Of a stretch of 38,158 nucleotides of DNA, positions 17,673 to 27,235 are shown one piece after another; position 1 is the first letter of the stretch; every line of letters begins with the position of its first letter. The stretch lies in NCBI GenBank assembly GCA_016215345.1, contig JACRKD010000043.1:1-38158 (forward strand), written 5' to 3'. The stretch is from Candidatus Vogelbacteria bacterium. Lineage in GTDB: Bacteria; Patescibacteriota; Minisyncoccia; Phycocordibacterales; UBA12445. The notes below the pieces were generated by a model. That model did not search any database and was not told the DNA's origin. It saw only the letters and a program-made list of their open reading frames with translations. Made by a program: the position numbers and the translations under genes.

Positions 17673-18000
17673 ATTTGAAGAATTAAATATAGATGGAATA
17701 TCATACAAAATTTCAATTTTGTCGTTTTTGGGCGTTGTGCTTTTTTCTATCCTCTACATTTATCTCTTGAACAGCTCAGTTTTTAATGTTGTTATTAGGG
17801 AGAAGAACAATAGTAAAATAAGGGAAACCATGGAAGATGTTGCTATCCTGGAAAATAGATATATATCAACCCGGAATGATATTAACCTAGAGATGGCTTA
17901 TACCTTGGGTTACCGTGACGATTTTAATAATGTTCACTTTTCGACCGAAACAAAAGGTCTTGCCGGCGGGTTGTCACTCCTAGGTAATGAAGTTAGGTAG
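17659..18000 (+). CDS. ftsL: FtsL-like small bitopic membrane protein (by position)
   Basis: 113 aa with a single TM segment (ILSFLGVVLFSILYIYLL). Lies between rsmH and ftsI and overlaps both. No sequence-level proof. Confidence 0.45.
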   Translation: MFLNKFEELNIDGISYKISILSFLGVVLFSILYIYLLNSSVFNVVIREKNNSKIRETMEDVAILENRYISTRNDINLEMAYTLGYRDDFNNVHFSTETKGLAGGLSLLGNEVR

Positions 18001-19714
18001 CATAAACAGAATATATTTTCTTCTTGCATTGGTGCTTATGTACGTGGTGATTCTTGTCGCCAGGCTTTTTTATTTACAAGTGATACAAGGTGAGGAGTTC
18101 ACAAAGATGGCTGATCGTCAGTATGTTAAACCCGTGGCCGATGTTTTTTCCAGGGGTTCTATATATTTTCAGGAAAAAGATGGTAATTTAATTTCCGCGG
18201 CAACAATTAAGACTAATTATATTTTAGCGGTTAATCCGAATATTATAACTGAACCGGAATTTGCTTACGCTTTAATTTCGCCGCTTGTAACTGTTCCGCA
18301 TGACGATTTTATCGCTAAGGCTGTAAAATTAAACGATCCCTATGAGCCGATAGCCAAAATAGACAATGATGAGCTTGTGCAGAAGATCCGAGATTTAAAA
18401 ATTCCTGGCGTGAACCTGTATAAGGAGAATATTCGTTTTTATCCCGCTGATCGATTGGCCTCGCATGTTCTTGGAATTGTTGCTCAATCTAAGGATGAGG
18501 GTAATAAATTTGCCGGTCGATATGGCGTCGAGAGGTCTTATGAAGATATATTAAAAAGAAGCGCTAGCTCGCTCTATGTGAATTTCTTTGCTGAGATATT
18601 TTCTAATCTTAGCCAAAAAAGTACGGATCTTTCGGCCGGAGATCTCATTTTAACCATAGAGCCAAATGTTGAGAATTTTTTAAGTAAAACGATAAGTGAT
18701 TTGGATGCAAGATGGGACGCGGATTTGTCGGCTGGAATTGTAATAGATCCGACGAGTGGTAAAATTTTTGCCATGTCGTCCCTCCCGGATTTCAGCCCCA
18801 ATAATTTCCGGACGGAAAAAAGTGTTGCCGTTTTCAGAAATTCTATTGTTGAAGATGTATTTGAAATGGGCTCGATCGTGAAGCCACTTACTCTCTCGGC
18901 TGGTATTGATGCCGGAGTCATAACTCCAAAGACGAAATATAACGATAAGGGCTTCGTCATATTAAACGGAAAGAGGATAGAAAATCATGATGGTAAAAGG
19001 ATGGGAGAGGTCGATATGCAGGCTGTTATCGATAATTCTCTAAACACGGGCGCTGTGTATGTTATGGAAAAACTCGGTCGCGATAAATTCCGCACATACA
19101 TGAAGAAGTTTGGTTTGGGTGAAAAAACCGGAATTGATCTGCCCAATGAGACCGGCGGTCTCATTACCAATCTTGATAGTAAATATGAGATAGACTATGC
19201 CACGTCAGCTTTTGGACAAGGGATGGCCCTTTCTCCAATTGGCGCCACTAGGGCATTGGGGGCTATCGCGAATGGCGGGATTTTAATAAGGCCTTATATT
19301 GTGGATCGCATTGTGAATAAGGCTGGAATTTCTAAGGAAACTTTACCGAGTGTGAAGAAGCGTGTTATCAGAGCCAGTACAAGTGAACAGATGACAGATA
19401 TGCTCGTTCACGCTTTTGATTACGGACTCGTTGGTGGAAAATATAAGTTGAAACAATATAGTATCGCCGCTAAAACTGGCACAGCGCAAATTCCTGATGG
19501 TAAGGGGGGGTATGGCGATAAAACACTTCATTCATTCTTCGGATATTTTCCGGCTTATAGTCCAAAATTTTTGGTTTTACTTTACATGGTTAATCCCAAG
19601 AATGGCGCTACTTTTTCTTCAGATACCATGTCTGGGCCGTTTACAAACCTTGCAAAATTTTTGCTGAATTATTATGAAGTTCCGCCGGACAGAAACCTAA
19701 TTAATTTGCAGTGA
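17987..19714 (+). CDS. ftsI: Division-type class B penicillin-binding protein (FtsI/PBP3-like)
   Basis: 575 aa. Has an N-terminal TM segment and the SIVK (SxxK), SLN (SxN) and KTGTAQ motifs. Confidence 0.9.
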   Translation: MKLGSINRIYFLLALVLMYVVILVARLFYLQVIQGEEFTKMADRQYVKPVADVFSRGSIYFQEKDGNLISAATIKTNYILAVNPNIITEPEFAYALISPLVTVPHDDFIAKAVKLNDPYEPIAKIDNDELVQKIRDLKIPGVNLYKENIRFYPADRLASHVLGIVAQSKDEGNKFAGRYGVERSYEDILKRSASSLYVNFFAEIFSNLSQKSTDLSAGDLILTIEPNVENFLSKTISDLDARWDADLSAGIVIDPTSGKIFAMSSLPDFSPNNFRTEKSVAVFRNSIVEDVFEMGSIVKPLTLSAGIDAGVITPKTKYNDKGFVILNGKRIENHDGKRMGEVDMQAVIDNSLNTGAVYVMEKLGRDKFRTYMKKFGLGEKTGIDLPNETGGLITNLDSKYEIDYATSAFGQGMALSPIGATRALGAIANGGILIRPYIVDRIVNKAGISKETLPSVKKRVIRASTSEQMTDMLVHAFDYGLVGGKYKLKQYSIAAKTGTAQIPDGKGGYGDKTLHSFFGYFPAYSPKFLVLLYMVNPKNGATFSSDTMSGPFTNLAKFLLNYYEVPPDRNLINLQ

Positions 19715-21006
19715 AAGAAATAATTAAGAATATTATTGCCTGGGTTCTATCTTGCGAAGCTCGGCTGGTTATAAAAAAATATCATCCGAGAATAGTCGGT
19801 GTTACGGGTAATGTCGGGAAAACCGGTACCAAAGATGCGATTGCCGCCGTCCTTTCCAAAAAGTTTGTAGTGGGGAAAAGCGCGAAAAGTTTTAATAGCG
19901 AGCTTGGTGTCCCACTAAGCATACTTGGGATCCAAAATTCAATGAGTGATAAGTGGAGCAAGCCTTTTCTTTGGTTAAAAAATATTTGTCTAGGCTTTGT
20001 TCCGCTTATTTGGAGAGAGAACTATCCAGAGTGGTTAGTTTTAGAAATCGGGGCTGATAAGCCGGGGGACATTTTGAGTGTGTCTAAGTGGCTTCATCTG
20101 AACGTCGTCGTTATAACCGCGATTGGAGACATTCCGGTTCATGTTGAATTTTTTAGAACAGTGGAGGAGTTGGCGCGGGAAAAGGGTTATCTCGTGGAGG
20201 CGATAAGGCCGGGAGGGGATCTTGTTCTTTTCGCAGACGATAAATGGTCTGCCGCTACAGCAGATAGGCTCAAGGTTTGTGCTGGGGTTCTAACTTATGG
20301 TTTCAGTAAAAGCGCCATGATTAAGGCTTCGAATTATCGGATATCTAGCGCCGGAATCTCTTTTAGGATAGATTATGATGGTAAAATGGTTCCTGTTAAG
20401 ATGCCGGGTGTTTACGGAAGGCCAAATGTATATGCCGTACTCGCGGCTATCGCTGTCGGGGCCTCTCACGGTGTTAATTTGATAGAGGCCGTGGATGCCG
20501 TTTTAAGTTATGAAAGACCACCGGGCCGATTCAAGAGGTTGGAGGGCATAAACGATTCAATTATTTTTGATGACTCCTATAACGCTTCGCCTTTGGCTAC
20601 CGATATGGCACTTCAAACATTTTCAGAGTTGAAAGCCAGTGGTAGGAAGATCGTTGCCTTGGGCGACATGCGTGAACTCGGACAGTACAGCGACCTAGCC
20701 CATCGGGATATCGGAAGAAAAATTGCAAAGATTGCTGATATTTTTGTGGTCGTTGGGGAAAAGTCTCGAATTGCCGCGAGGGCCGCAGAGGGGGCAGGTA
20801 TGAAGGGGGATAATATTTTTTGTTTTTCTGATTCTATACAAGCTGGAGAATTTTTGAAGACGATAATCTCTTCTGGGGACATGATTTTGGTTAAGGGGTC
20901 AGAGAGTATAAGAATGGAGAGGGTAGTTGCCAGTATAATAAACAATCCGGAAGATGTTTCGAAATTACTTGTGAGGCAGAATAAAGAGTGGCTTGGAAAG
21001 TCTTAA
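19711..21006 (+). CDS. murF: UDP-MurNAc-tripeptide--D-Ala-D-Ala ligase (MurF-like Mur ligase)
   Basis: 431 aa. GVTGNVGKTGTKD (P-loop) followed by SFNSELGVPLSILG fits the MurF pattern. The GTG start overlaps the ftsI stop (GTGA). Confidence 0.85.
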   Translation: MKEIIKNIIAWVLSCEARLVIKKYHPRIVGVTGNVGKTGTKDAIAAVLSKKFVVGKSAKSFNSELGVPLSILGIQNSMSDKWSKPFLWLKNICLGFVPLIWRENYPEWLVLEIGADKPGDILSVSKWLHLNVVVITAIGDIPVHVEFFRTVEELAREKGYLVEAIRPGGDLVLFADDKWSAATADRLKVCAGVLTYGFSKSAMIKASNYRISSAGISFRIDYDGKMVPVKMPGVYGRPNVYAVLAAIAVGASHGVNLIEAVDAVLSYERPPGRFKRLEGINDSIIFDDSYNASPLATDMALQTFSELKASGRKIVALGDMRELGQYSDLAHRDIGRKIAKIADIFVVVGEKSRIAARAAEGAGMKGDNIFCFSDSIQAGEFLKTIISSGDMILVKGSESIRMERVVASIINNPEDVSKLLVRQNKEWLGKS

Positions 21007-21039
21007 AAAGTATTTAATATCTGGAATATAGTATTTAGT

Positions 21040-21261
21040 ATGTATATAAAAATAAGAGCTACGGCCGGGGCGAGGAAGGAGTTCATAGAAAAAGTTTCAG
21101 AAGACACTTTTAAGATTTCCGTTAGAGATAAGGCGGAGAGAAATATGGCGAATGAGCGAATCAGGGAATTGCTTGCAAGATATTTTATTTTGCCTCCGGT
21201 AAAGATTCGCCTTGTTTCTGGCCACCACTCTCAATCTAAGATTTTTGATGTTCTGAATTAA
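21040..21261 (+). CDS. DUF167 (YggU-like, UPF0235) small protein
   Basis: 73 aa. The pattern ...KISVRDKAERNMANERIRELLARYF...IRLVSGHHSQSKIF matches the GkAN...l...G..sr.K family signature. Confidence 0.7.
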   Translation: MYIKIRATAGARKEFIEKVSEDTFKISVRDKAERNMANERIRELLARYFILPPVKIRLVSGHHSQSKIFDVLN

Positions 21262-21264
21262 AAA

Positions 21265-21284
21265 GGTCTCGACAGTTCGAGACC
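21265..21284 (-). terminator. Hairpin terminator, T-tract on the minus strand
   Basis: GGTCTCGA pairs with TCGAGACC (8 bp), loop CAGT. AAAAA on the plus-strand 5' side gives a U-tract for the convergent minus-strand gene that ends at 21288. Confidence 0.65.
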
Positions 21285-21287
21285 GCG

Positions 21288-21599
21288 CTAGCCGACAACT
21301 CCTTCGGTAAAGGTTATAAACAGGCTTTTGCCTTTTGGGCCGGAGAAACCAATCAGGGGGCACCAATCGCCATATTTTATCCAAGCTCCGAGCCAAACGC
21401 CCAAGGGTTCACTTGAAAAAGGTGAAGTGTGAGCCATAACATTTTCGGCTCCGAAGCAATATTGGATCATGCCGGGGATGATTCTCAAGTTTTTGAGGGG
21501 CAGGGGGACGAATACGCCTGTTCCCATTAACTTAAGGACGATTGTTCTCCTTTTTTCTTCTTGAGTTAGCCTACGAGTTGCCTCAGGGAAGTATTTCAC
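21288..21599 (-). CDS. Hypothetical protein (orphan)
   Basis: 103 aa ORF with a terminator immediately downstream. No recognisable motifs. Confidence 0.45.
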   Translation of the reverse strand: MKYFPEATRRLTQEEKRRTIVLKLMGTGVFVPLPLKNLRIIPGMIQYCFGAENVMAHTSPFSSEPLGVWLGAWIKYGDWCPLIGFSGPKGKSLFITFTEGVVG

Positions 21600-21826
21600 T
21601 TAGGACGCCCCTTTTTCTATTTTGATGTGCAGGAGGATCTTCTGCCCCCAACTTAACAGTAAAAACATCAATAGTCAAGGTTCGAATCTCAAGTTCCTTT
21701 GTATCTTTTTGCTACTCACTGCTGATGAGATATGTGTTTATTGTTCTGTACTATTACAAAACAGCGTGGTAAGGTAATATTAGACCGATAGCAATTTGTA
21801 ATAAGTAATTTTGGAGGTGAGAAGAA

Positions 21827-22444
21827 GTGACCAGCAGAGACGACCTCATCGTGGGTGAGTTTCAGGAATCGCTGATGCTTTTTCAGGCGTCATGGGTTGC
21901 CTCTGGGCGTCCGAAGGCCGGACTTGACATGCGTTATTATCAGACGGGACAATACTGTTCGTTTCTTTTCTACCAAGACCCCAAGAGCGGACCAGCTGAC
22001 TTTTCTCGGGAACATATCTTCGTCGCGCGGTACGATTTCTGCGATAGGAAGATAATGCAAGGTACTCGTCGAGTTAAGAAATATCCCGGGGTCGGCATCT
22101 TAATCCATGCGGAAGCAGGAGGAGACTCTACCTTTGTCGTGGGATTACCTCTCGCTGATCTCGCGGTATATCTAAGAGCGCTTTATCTTTGCCTTATGGA
22201 TAAGGGGGATGTCCCCCTCGTGGATTCATCGCTTGTTCGTATCGATAAGAAATTCAATGAGTATCGCGGTAGAAAAGCCGTGTTTCTTATTGTCGTTAAT
22301 AGCGATACCGGTGAACCGACATGGAGCATACCGAGGGCGATTATTTTTGTCGATGAAATGGACGAGGACGCGCAGGATCTGGTTGCTCAGTTCGCGGAAG
22401 CCGAGGATTATGAGCCCACGGATGAAGGCGAGAGGTCAAAATAG
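21827..22444 (+). CDS. Hypothetical protein (orphan, acidic C-terminal tail)
   Basis: 205 aa. GTG start with GGAGGTG 7 nt upstream and a strong terminator downstream. A 60 nt hand count gave about 53% GC. No recognisable motifs. Confidence 0.6.
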   Translation: MTSRDDLIVGEFQESLMLFQASWVASGRPKAGLDMRYYQTGQYCSFLFYQDPKSGPADFSREHIFVARYDFCDRKIMQGTRRVKKYPGVGILIHAEAGGDSTFVVGLPLADLAVYLRALYLCLMDKGDVPLVDSSLVRIDKKFNEYRGRKAVFLIVVNSDTGEPTWSIPRAIIFVDEMDEDAQDLVAQFAEAEDYEPTDEGERSK

Positions 22445-22457
22445 TGTTCTAGTTATC

Positions 22458-22480
22458 GTCTACCACAGGTAGACTTTTTT
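22458..22480 (+). terminator. Intrinsic terminator
   Basis: GTCTACC pairs with GGTAGAC, loop ACAG, followed by TTTTTT. Confidence 0.8.
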
Positions 22481-22486
22481 CGTGGC

Positions 22487-22514
22487 TTGACAATAAATTT
22501 CATTACTTTATAAT
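22487..22514 (+). promoter_or_regulatory. Sigma70-like promoter of the grpE-dnaK-dnaJ operon
   Basis: TTGACA (22487-22492), a 16 nt spacer, then TATAAT (22509-22514), 12 nt upstream of the grpE ATG. No CIRCE inverted repeat is seen. Confidence 0.6.
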
Positions 22515-22526
22515 ACTTATATAATT

Positions 22527-23120
22527 ATGGATGAAGACGCAAAGGATGATATAGAAGTGGGAGAAAACACTGAAGACGTGGCCTCTTTCGAAGATGAAGA
22601 AACATCCGATAGATGCGAGGAGAAACTTCTTAAGGTTAAGGCTGAGCTCAAAAAGTGTCTGGCTGAAAAGGATGAGTACCTGAATGGATGGCAGAGGGCC
22701 AGAGCTGATTTCGTGAATGCTAAGAAGTCTCACGATAAAGAGGTGTCGGACCTAGGGAAAATTGCGCTGGAGAGCTTTGTGGTTAAGATACTTCCGGTTG
22801 TTGATAGCTTCGAGGTTGCTTTCGCCAATAAAGAAAGATGGGAGAAGGTAGATAGCGAGTGGCGGGTAGGGGTGGAAGGTATATACTCCAAGCTCATGGA
22901 TACTCTCCGTAGAAGCGGGTTGGAAGAAATTGGGGCTCTCGGTGAAAGGTTTGATATAAACGTTCATCAACCAGTCTCAACCGTTCCGGTTACAGACGAG
23001 GACAAAGATGACGTTGTAACGGAAATAGTTCAGAAGGGTTATAGATTGGGCAATAGAGTTGTTAGGCCATGTAAGGTGATTGTCGGTCAGCTTGCGGAAG
23101 AGCCTCAAAATAACAATTAA
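22527..23120 (+). CDS. grpE: Nucleotide exchange factor GrpE
   Basis: 197 aa. Has an acidic N-terminus, a coiled coil with WQRARADFVNAKK, and a C-terminal beta domain. Lies directly upstream of dnaK. Confidence 0.9.
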   Translation: MDEDAKDDIEVGENTEDVASFEDEETSDRCEEKLLKVKAELKKCLAEKDEYLNGWQRARADFVNAKKSHDKEVSDLGKIALESFVVKILPVVDSFEVAFANKERWEKVDSEWRVGVEGIYSKLMDTLRRSGLEEIGALGERFDINVHQPVSTVPVTDEDKDDVVTEIVQKGYRLGNRVVRPCKVIVGQLAEEPQNNN

Positions 23121-23135
23121 ATTTTTTAAAAAAAT

Positions 23136-25031
23136 ATGACAAAAATTTTAGGGATAGATCTTGGTACGACAAACTCGGCGATGTCGATTATCGAGGGTGG
23201 CGAACCAAAGATAATAGAAAACAATGATGGCGCGAGGACCACTCCATCCGTTGTCGCGATTTCGAAATCCGGCGAAAGGCTGGTTGGTCTTTTAGCCAAG
23301 AGACAGAATGTGACCAATCCCCAAAATACTATTTACGGTATCAAGAGGTTTATGGGGCATCGGTTCGACGATAAGGAGGTCCAGAAGGATAAGGTGGCCG
23401 TTCCTTTTTCCGTAGAAAAAGCCGATGACGGTGGAACTAAGGTCAAGCTTCGAGATAGGCTTTATACTCCAGAAGAGATATCTTCCATGATTCTCCAGAA
23501 GTTAAAGATAGACGCGGAGGCTAAATTGGGTGAAAAGATTGATGAAGCGGTTATTACCGTTCCGGCCTACTTTAATGACGCCCAAAGAAAGGCGACAAAA
23601 GACGCTGGAGAAATTGCAGGCTTCAAGGTTAGGAGAATTATAAATGAACCAACGGCCGCCGCTTTGGCTTATGGTTTTGATAAGAAAAAAGACGAACAGG
23701 TGGCGGTGTATGACTTTGGAGGTGGGACGTTTGACGTTTCCGTTCTGGAAATTGGCGATGCGGTTATCGAAGTTAAGTCGACTGACGGTGACAGCCATAT
23801 GGGCGGTGAAGATATCGACCAGAAAATAATCAAATGGATTGTTGGGGAGTTTAAGAAGGAAAGCGGTATCGATATTTCTACCGACCCGCTTGCTCTCCAA
23901 AGGCTCAAGGAGGCGGCAGAGAAAGCGAAACACGAACTTTCCACAGTTAAAGAAGTTGAAATAAATATTCCCTTCATAACTTCCGGGGCTGATGGCCCAA
24001 AGCATCTTTTGATGAAGATGGCTAGAGCCAAGCTTGAGGATTTGGCCTCCGAATATATTACAAGGTCCATAGAGATTACAAAGCGCGCGGTTGAAGCCTC
24101 CGGTCTCAAATTTAGCGATATTGATGAGGTCATAATGGTTGGCGGCCAGACTAGAATGCCGGCCATCGTGGAGGCTGTCAAAAACTTGTTTGGAAAGGAG
24201 CCGAATCGAACAATAAATCCGGATGAAGTGGTGGCTGTCGGCGCCGCTATCCAGGGGGGGATTTTGCAGGGCGACGTTAAGGACGTTTTACTTTTGGATG
24301 TTATTCCACTATCACTCGGTATTGAAACCTACGGATCAGTTTCCACAAAACTGATTGAGAAGAACACAACAATCCCTGCCTCCAAGAGTCAGATTTTCTC
24401 GACGGCGGCTGATAATCAGCCTCAAGTGGAGATCCATGTACTTCAGGGCGAGAGACCGATGGCCGGAGATAATAAAACTCTTGGACGGTTCACTCTCGAT
24501 GGCATAGCTCCGGCGCAGAGAGGTGTACCCCAGATTGAGGTTACTTTTGATGTTGACGCGAATGGTATCCTAAACGTTTCTGCCAAGGATAAGGCTACGG
24601 GTAAGTCGCAATCCATCAAAATTCAGGCTCGTGGTGGGTTGTCGGAAGAAGACATCGAAAAGATGAAGAAGGATGCCGAGCTTCACGCCGAAGATGACAA
24701 AAAGAGGAAAGAAGAGGTTGAGATTAGAAATAATGCCGAGGGGCTTATCGTGACTGCCGAAAAAAGCGTTAAAGATGCCGAAGGAAAGGTTTCTGGCGAT
24801 ATACTGACAGGTGTTAAGACAAAAATAGAAAATCTGAAGAAGGCTAAGGATGATAACAAGTTCGAGGAGATTAAGAAAGCGACGGACGAGCTATTTTCCG
24901 AGATGCAAAAAATCGGTGAAGCCATGTATAAAAAAGAACCTGAAGCGAATCAGAACGACGGGGGCAAAGAAAAAAAAGATGGCGGAAACGGAAACGTTAG
25001 AGACGCGGATTTCGATGAAGGGGAAAAATAA
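23136..25031 (+). CDS. dnaK: Molecular chaperone DnaK (Hsp70)
   Basis: 631 aa. Contains [18 protein letters not shown] and all other Hsp70 signatures. Confidence 0.98.
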   Translation: MTKILGIDLGTTNSAMSIIEGGEPKIIENNDGARTTPSVVAISKSGERLVGLLAKRQNVTNPQNTIYGIKRFMGHRFDDKEVQKDKVAVPFSVEKADDGGTKVKLRDRLYTPEEISSMILQKLKIDAEAKLGEKIDEAVITVPAYFNDAQRKATKDAGEIAGFKVRRIINEPTAAALAYGFDKKKDEQVAVYDFGGGTFDVSVLEIGDAVIEVKSTDGDSHMGGEDIDQKIIKWIVGEFKKESGIDISTDPLALQRLKEAAEKAKHELSTVKEVEINIPFITSGADGPKHLLMKMARAKLEDLASEYITRSIEITKRAVEASGLKFSDIDEVIMVGGQTRMPAIVEAVKNLFGKEPNRTINPDEVVAVGAAIQGGILQGDVKDVLLLDVIPLSLGIETYGSVSTKLIEKNTTIPASKSQIFSTAADNQPQVEIHVLQGERPMAGDNKTLGRFTLDGIAPAQRGVPQIEVTFDVDANGILNVSAKDKATGKSQSIKIQARGGLSEEDIEKMKKDAELHAEDDKKRKEEVEIRNNAEGLIVTAEKSVKDAEGKVSGDILTGVKTKIENLKKAKDDNKFEEIKKATDELFSEMQKIGEAMYKKEPEANQNDGGKEKKDGGNGNVRDADFDEGEK

Positions 25032-25039
25032 TTTTCAAA

Positions 25040-26104
25040 ATGGATTACTATCAAATATTAGGCGTGGATAAAAAGGCCTCTAAGGATGATATAAAAAAGG
25101 CGTTTCATAAACTTGCTCATAAGTTTCATCCTGACAAAAAGGGTGGGGACGAAAAGAAATTCAAGGAGGTTAATGAGGCCTATCAGATCTTGTCTGATGA
25201 GACTAAGAGGAGCGAATATGATACCTATGGGCGAGTATCTCCGGGCGGTGCGGCGGACGGCGGGGGATTCACCGGAGACTTTGGTGGCTTTGACTTCAGC
25301 GACCTATTCCGAGGCGGGGGTGGCGCCGCTCCCGGTATGGGGGACATTTTTGAGGGATTTTTTAACGGTGGCAGACAATCAAGAAGAGGCCGAGATATTT
25401 CTATTGACATTCAAATTTCTTTTACTGAGTCTATTTTTGGAACAGAGAGGAAGGTGTTAATCACCAAGGTTGGAAAATGTGATGATTGTGGAGGTTCTGG
25501 AGCCAAGAAAGGAACCTCTTTAACCAAATGCTCTCAGTGCGGAGGCAAGGGGCGGCTCGTGGAAACAAGGCGGTCGTTCATGGGGACATTTAGTACGGAA
25601 AAAGAGTGTGGCAATTGTGGTGGAACGGGTGAAGTTGCTAAGGAGAATTGTTCTAAGTGTTTCGGCAAGGGTGTTCTCCGTAAGAATGAAGAGATCGTCG
25701 CGCAAATTCCCGCCGGAATTGAGGCCGGTGAAATGATAAGACTGACAGGCCAAGGTGAGGCTATCTCTAGGGGTGGAGCCGGGGATCTTTATATTAAGGT
25801 CCATGTGGAGAAACACCCTTTCTGGAAACGTGCCGGGGATGATTTATATATGGACCTCAAAATAAAATTGACCGATGCTATTTTGGGGACGACCTACGAT
25901 ATAAAGACGCTCGACGGCGATATAAAACTTAAAATTCCGGAAGGGGTTTCTTCCGGAGAAATTTTGCGAGTGAGGAGTCGGGGGGTGCCAATTGATAAGA
26001 CGGGAAGGGGAGACCTTATGATTAAGATTATTGTCCCAATACCGGCGAAGCTCTCGAAACAAGCCAAAATTGCGGTGGAGAAATTAAGGGAAGAAGGCTT
26101 ATAA
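25040..26104 (+). CDS. dnaJ: Molecular chaperone DnaJ (type I)
   Basis: 354 aa. Has a J domain with HPDK, a G/F-rich linker, and four CxxCxGxG zinc-finger repeats. Confidence 0.97.
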   Translation: MDYYQILGVDKKASKDDIKKAFHKLAHKFHPDKKGGDEKKFKEVNEAYQILSDETKRSEYDTYGRVSPGGAADGGGFTGDFGGFDFSDLFRGGGGAAPGMGDIFEGFFNGGRQSRRGRDISIDIQISFTESIFGTERKVLITKVGKCDDCGGSGAKKGTSLTKCSQCGGKGRLVETRRSFMGTFSTEKECGNCGGTGEVAKENCSKCFGKGVLRKNEEIVAQIPAGIEAGEMIRLTGQGEAISRGGAGDLYIKVHVEKHPFWKRAGDDLYMDLKIKLTDAILGTTYDIKTLDGDIKLKIPEGVSSGEILRVRSRGVPIDKTGRGDLMIKIIVPIPAKLSKQAKIAVEKLREEGL

Positions 26105-26154
26105 AAAAAATAGAACATAAATTTTATACAAACTCGAATGAGGCATGGAGGGCT

Positions 26155-27147
26155 ATGCTTTCGGCCATTTCTTTAGCGCGGCACTCAATTTTTTGGGAGA
26201 GTTATATTATAGAGGACGACGTAGAACCGGATTTTAATTTTTTTGAAACGTTGACGGAAAAAGCCAGATCCGGAGTTAAGGTTAAAATAGTTTTGGATGG
26301 TTTCGGTAGCTTTGGGCTCTCTGGCGCGACTCGTAAAAAGCTTACCGATTCCGGAGTAGAGATTTGCGCTTTTAACTCTTGGTTTAGGCGCATTCATAGA
26401 AAAATTCTTATCGTAGATGGCAGGGTCGCTTTTATGGGTGGCGTGAACATCGGCCAGAAGTATAAAAAGTGGCTTGACCTCCAAGTCCGTTTAACCGGAA
26501 AGTCGATAGTCGGGGCATTAACAAAATCTTTTGCGCGGTCTTATTTTTATTGTGGAGGCGCTGACAAAAGTTTATTGAGCATTATGAAAAAGTCGCCTCT
26601 TCGAACAACTGAACTTTGGCTTCTTGAACACTTTCCTTTCGCGGGTAGGCTTCTGCTTCCTCGTTACTATAAGGAAAAAATAGCTCAAGCCAAGGAGAAA
26701 ATAGTTATAGTTACGCCGTACTTTATCCCTCATAATTGGTTGATAAGGGCGTTATCTATTGCTAGTGGCAGAGGAGTGTCGGTAGAAATTATTATGCCGG
26801 CCAAAACAGATCTTTCATTTATAAATTTTGCTAACCATCTTTTTGCGGATATAACTTCCAAATCCGGTCTCAAGTTTTTTTTAACAAAAGATATGATACA
26901 CGCCAAGGTTCTCTTGGTGGATGATAAGGTTGGTCTTGTGGGGTCTAATAATATCGATGCTCTGTCTTTTGATTGGAATGCCGAAGCTAGCGTTTCTTTC
27001 GAAGAGGAGGAGATGATTGCCGATCTTAGAACAATTACGGAACTATGGAAGAGGGATTCGATTCCGCTGGAACATTCTCACATCAAAAAGCCCTTTTATT
27101 ATAAATTCCTGGCCTTTATAGTTCGTCTCATCCAACCGATACTTTGA
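26155..27147 (+). CDS. Phospholipase D / cardiolipin-synthase-family protein (two HKD motifs, no N-terminal TM segments)
   Basis: 330 aa. Contains HRKILIVDG...GGVNIG and HAKVLLVDD...GSNNID. Confidence 0.85.
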   Translation: MLSAISLARHSIFWESYIIEDDVEPDFNFFETLTEKARSGVKVKIVLDGFGSFGLSGATRKKLTDSGVEICAFNSWFRRIHRKILIVDGRVAFMGGVNIGQKYKKWLDLQVRLTGKSIVGALTKSFARSYFYCGGADKSLLSIMKKSPLRTTELWLLEHFPFAGRLLLPRYYKEKIAQAKEKIVIVTPYFIPHNWLIRALSIASGRGVSVEIIMPAKTDLSFINFANHLFADITSKSGLKFFLTKDMIHAKVLLVDDKVGLVGSNNIDALSFDWNAEASVSFEEEEMIADLRTITELWKRDSIPLEHSHIKKPFYYKFLAFIVRLIQPIL

Positions 27148-27151
27148 GTTG

Positions 27152-27174
27152 GCACGCAAGACTACCTTGTGTGC
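27152..27174 (+). repeat. Conserved hairpin, copy A (GCACGCAAG-ACTAC-CTTGTGTGC)
   Basis: 9 bp stem with one G-U pair and a pentaloop ACTAC, starting 5 nt after the PLD-family stop codon. The 18-mer CAAGACTACCTTGTGTGC (27157-27174) is identical to 31649-31666. Confidence 0.8.
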
Positions 27175-27193
27175 TAATAATGTGGGTAACAAA

Positions 27194-27235
27194 ATGTCAG
27201 ACTTTATTCCACGGCCGTGAGCAAAAGTCTGACAT
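27194..27235. repeat. Long hairpin X1: 12 bp perfect stem with an 18 nt loop containing TTCCACGG
   Basis: ATGTCAGACTTT (27194-27205) pairs with AAAGTCTGACAT (27224-27235). The loop is ATTCCACGGCCGTGAGCA and includes the palindrome CACGGCCGTG. It is related to 36356-36399. Confidence 0.85.

Noticed and set aside
21672-21692. GGTTCGAATC, which resembles a tRNA T-arm and could be a tRNA remnant or att site.
   Set aside because: The flanking bases do not form a T-stem, and no acceptor or anticodon arm can be folded around it.
21722-21729. CTGATGAG, the hammerhead-ribozyme core box.
   Set aside because: No downstream stem II followed by a GAAA(C) box, and no stem I/III pairing, is present. An isolated 8-mer is expected by chance.
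22445-22526. Looked for a CIRCE (TTAGCACTC-N9-GAGTGCTAA) heat-shock operator upstream of grpE-dnaK-dnaJ.
   Set aside because: No such inverted repeat is present. Only a consensus sigma70-like promoter is visible.
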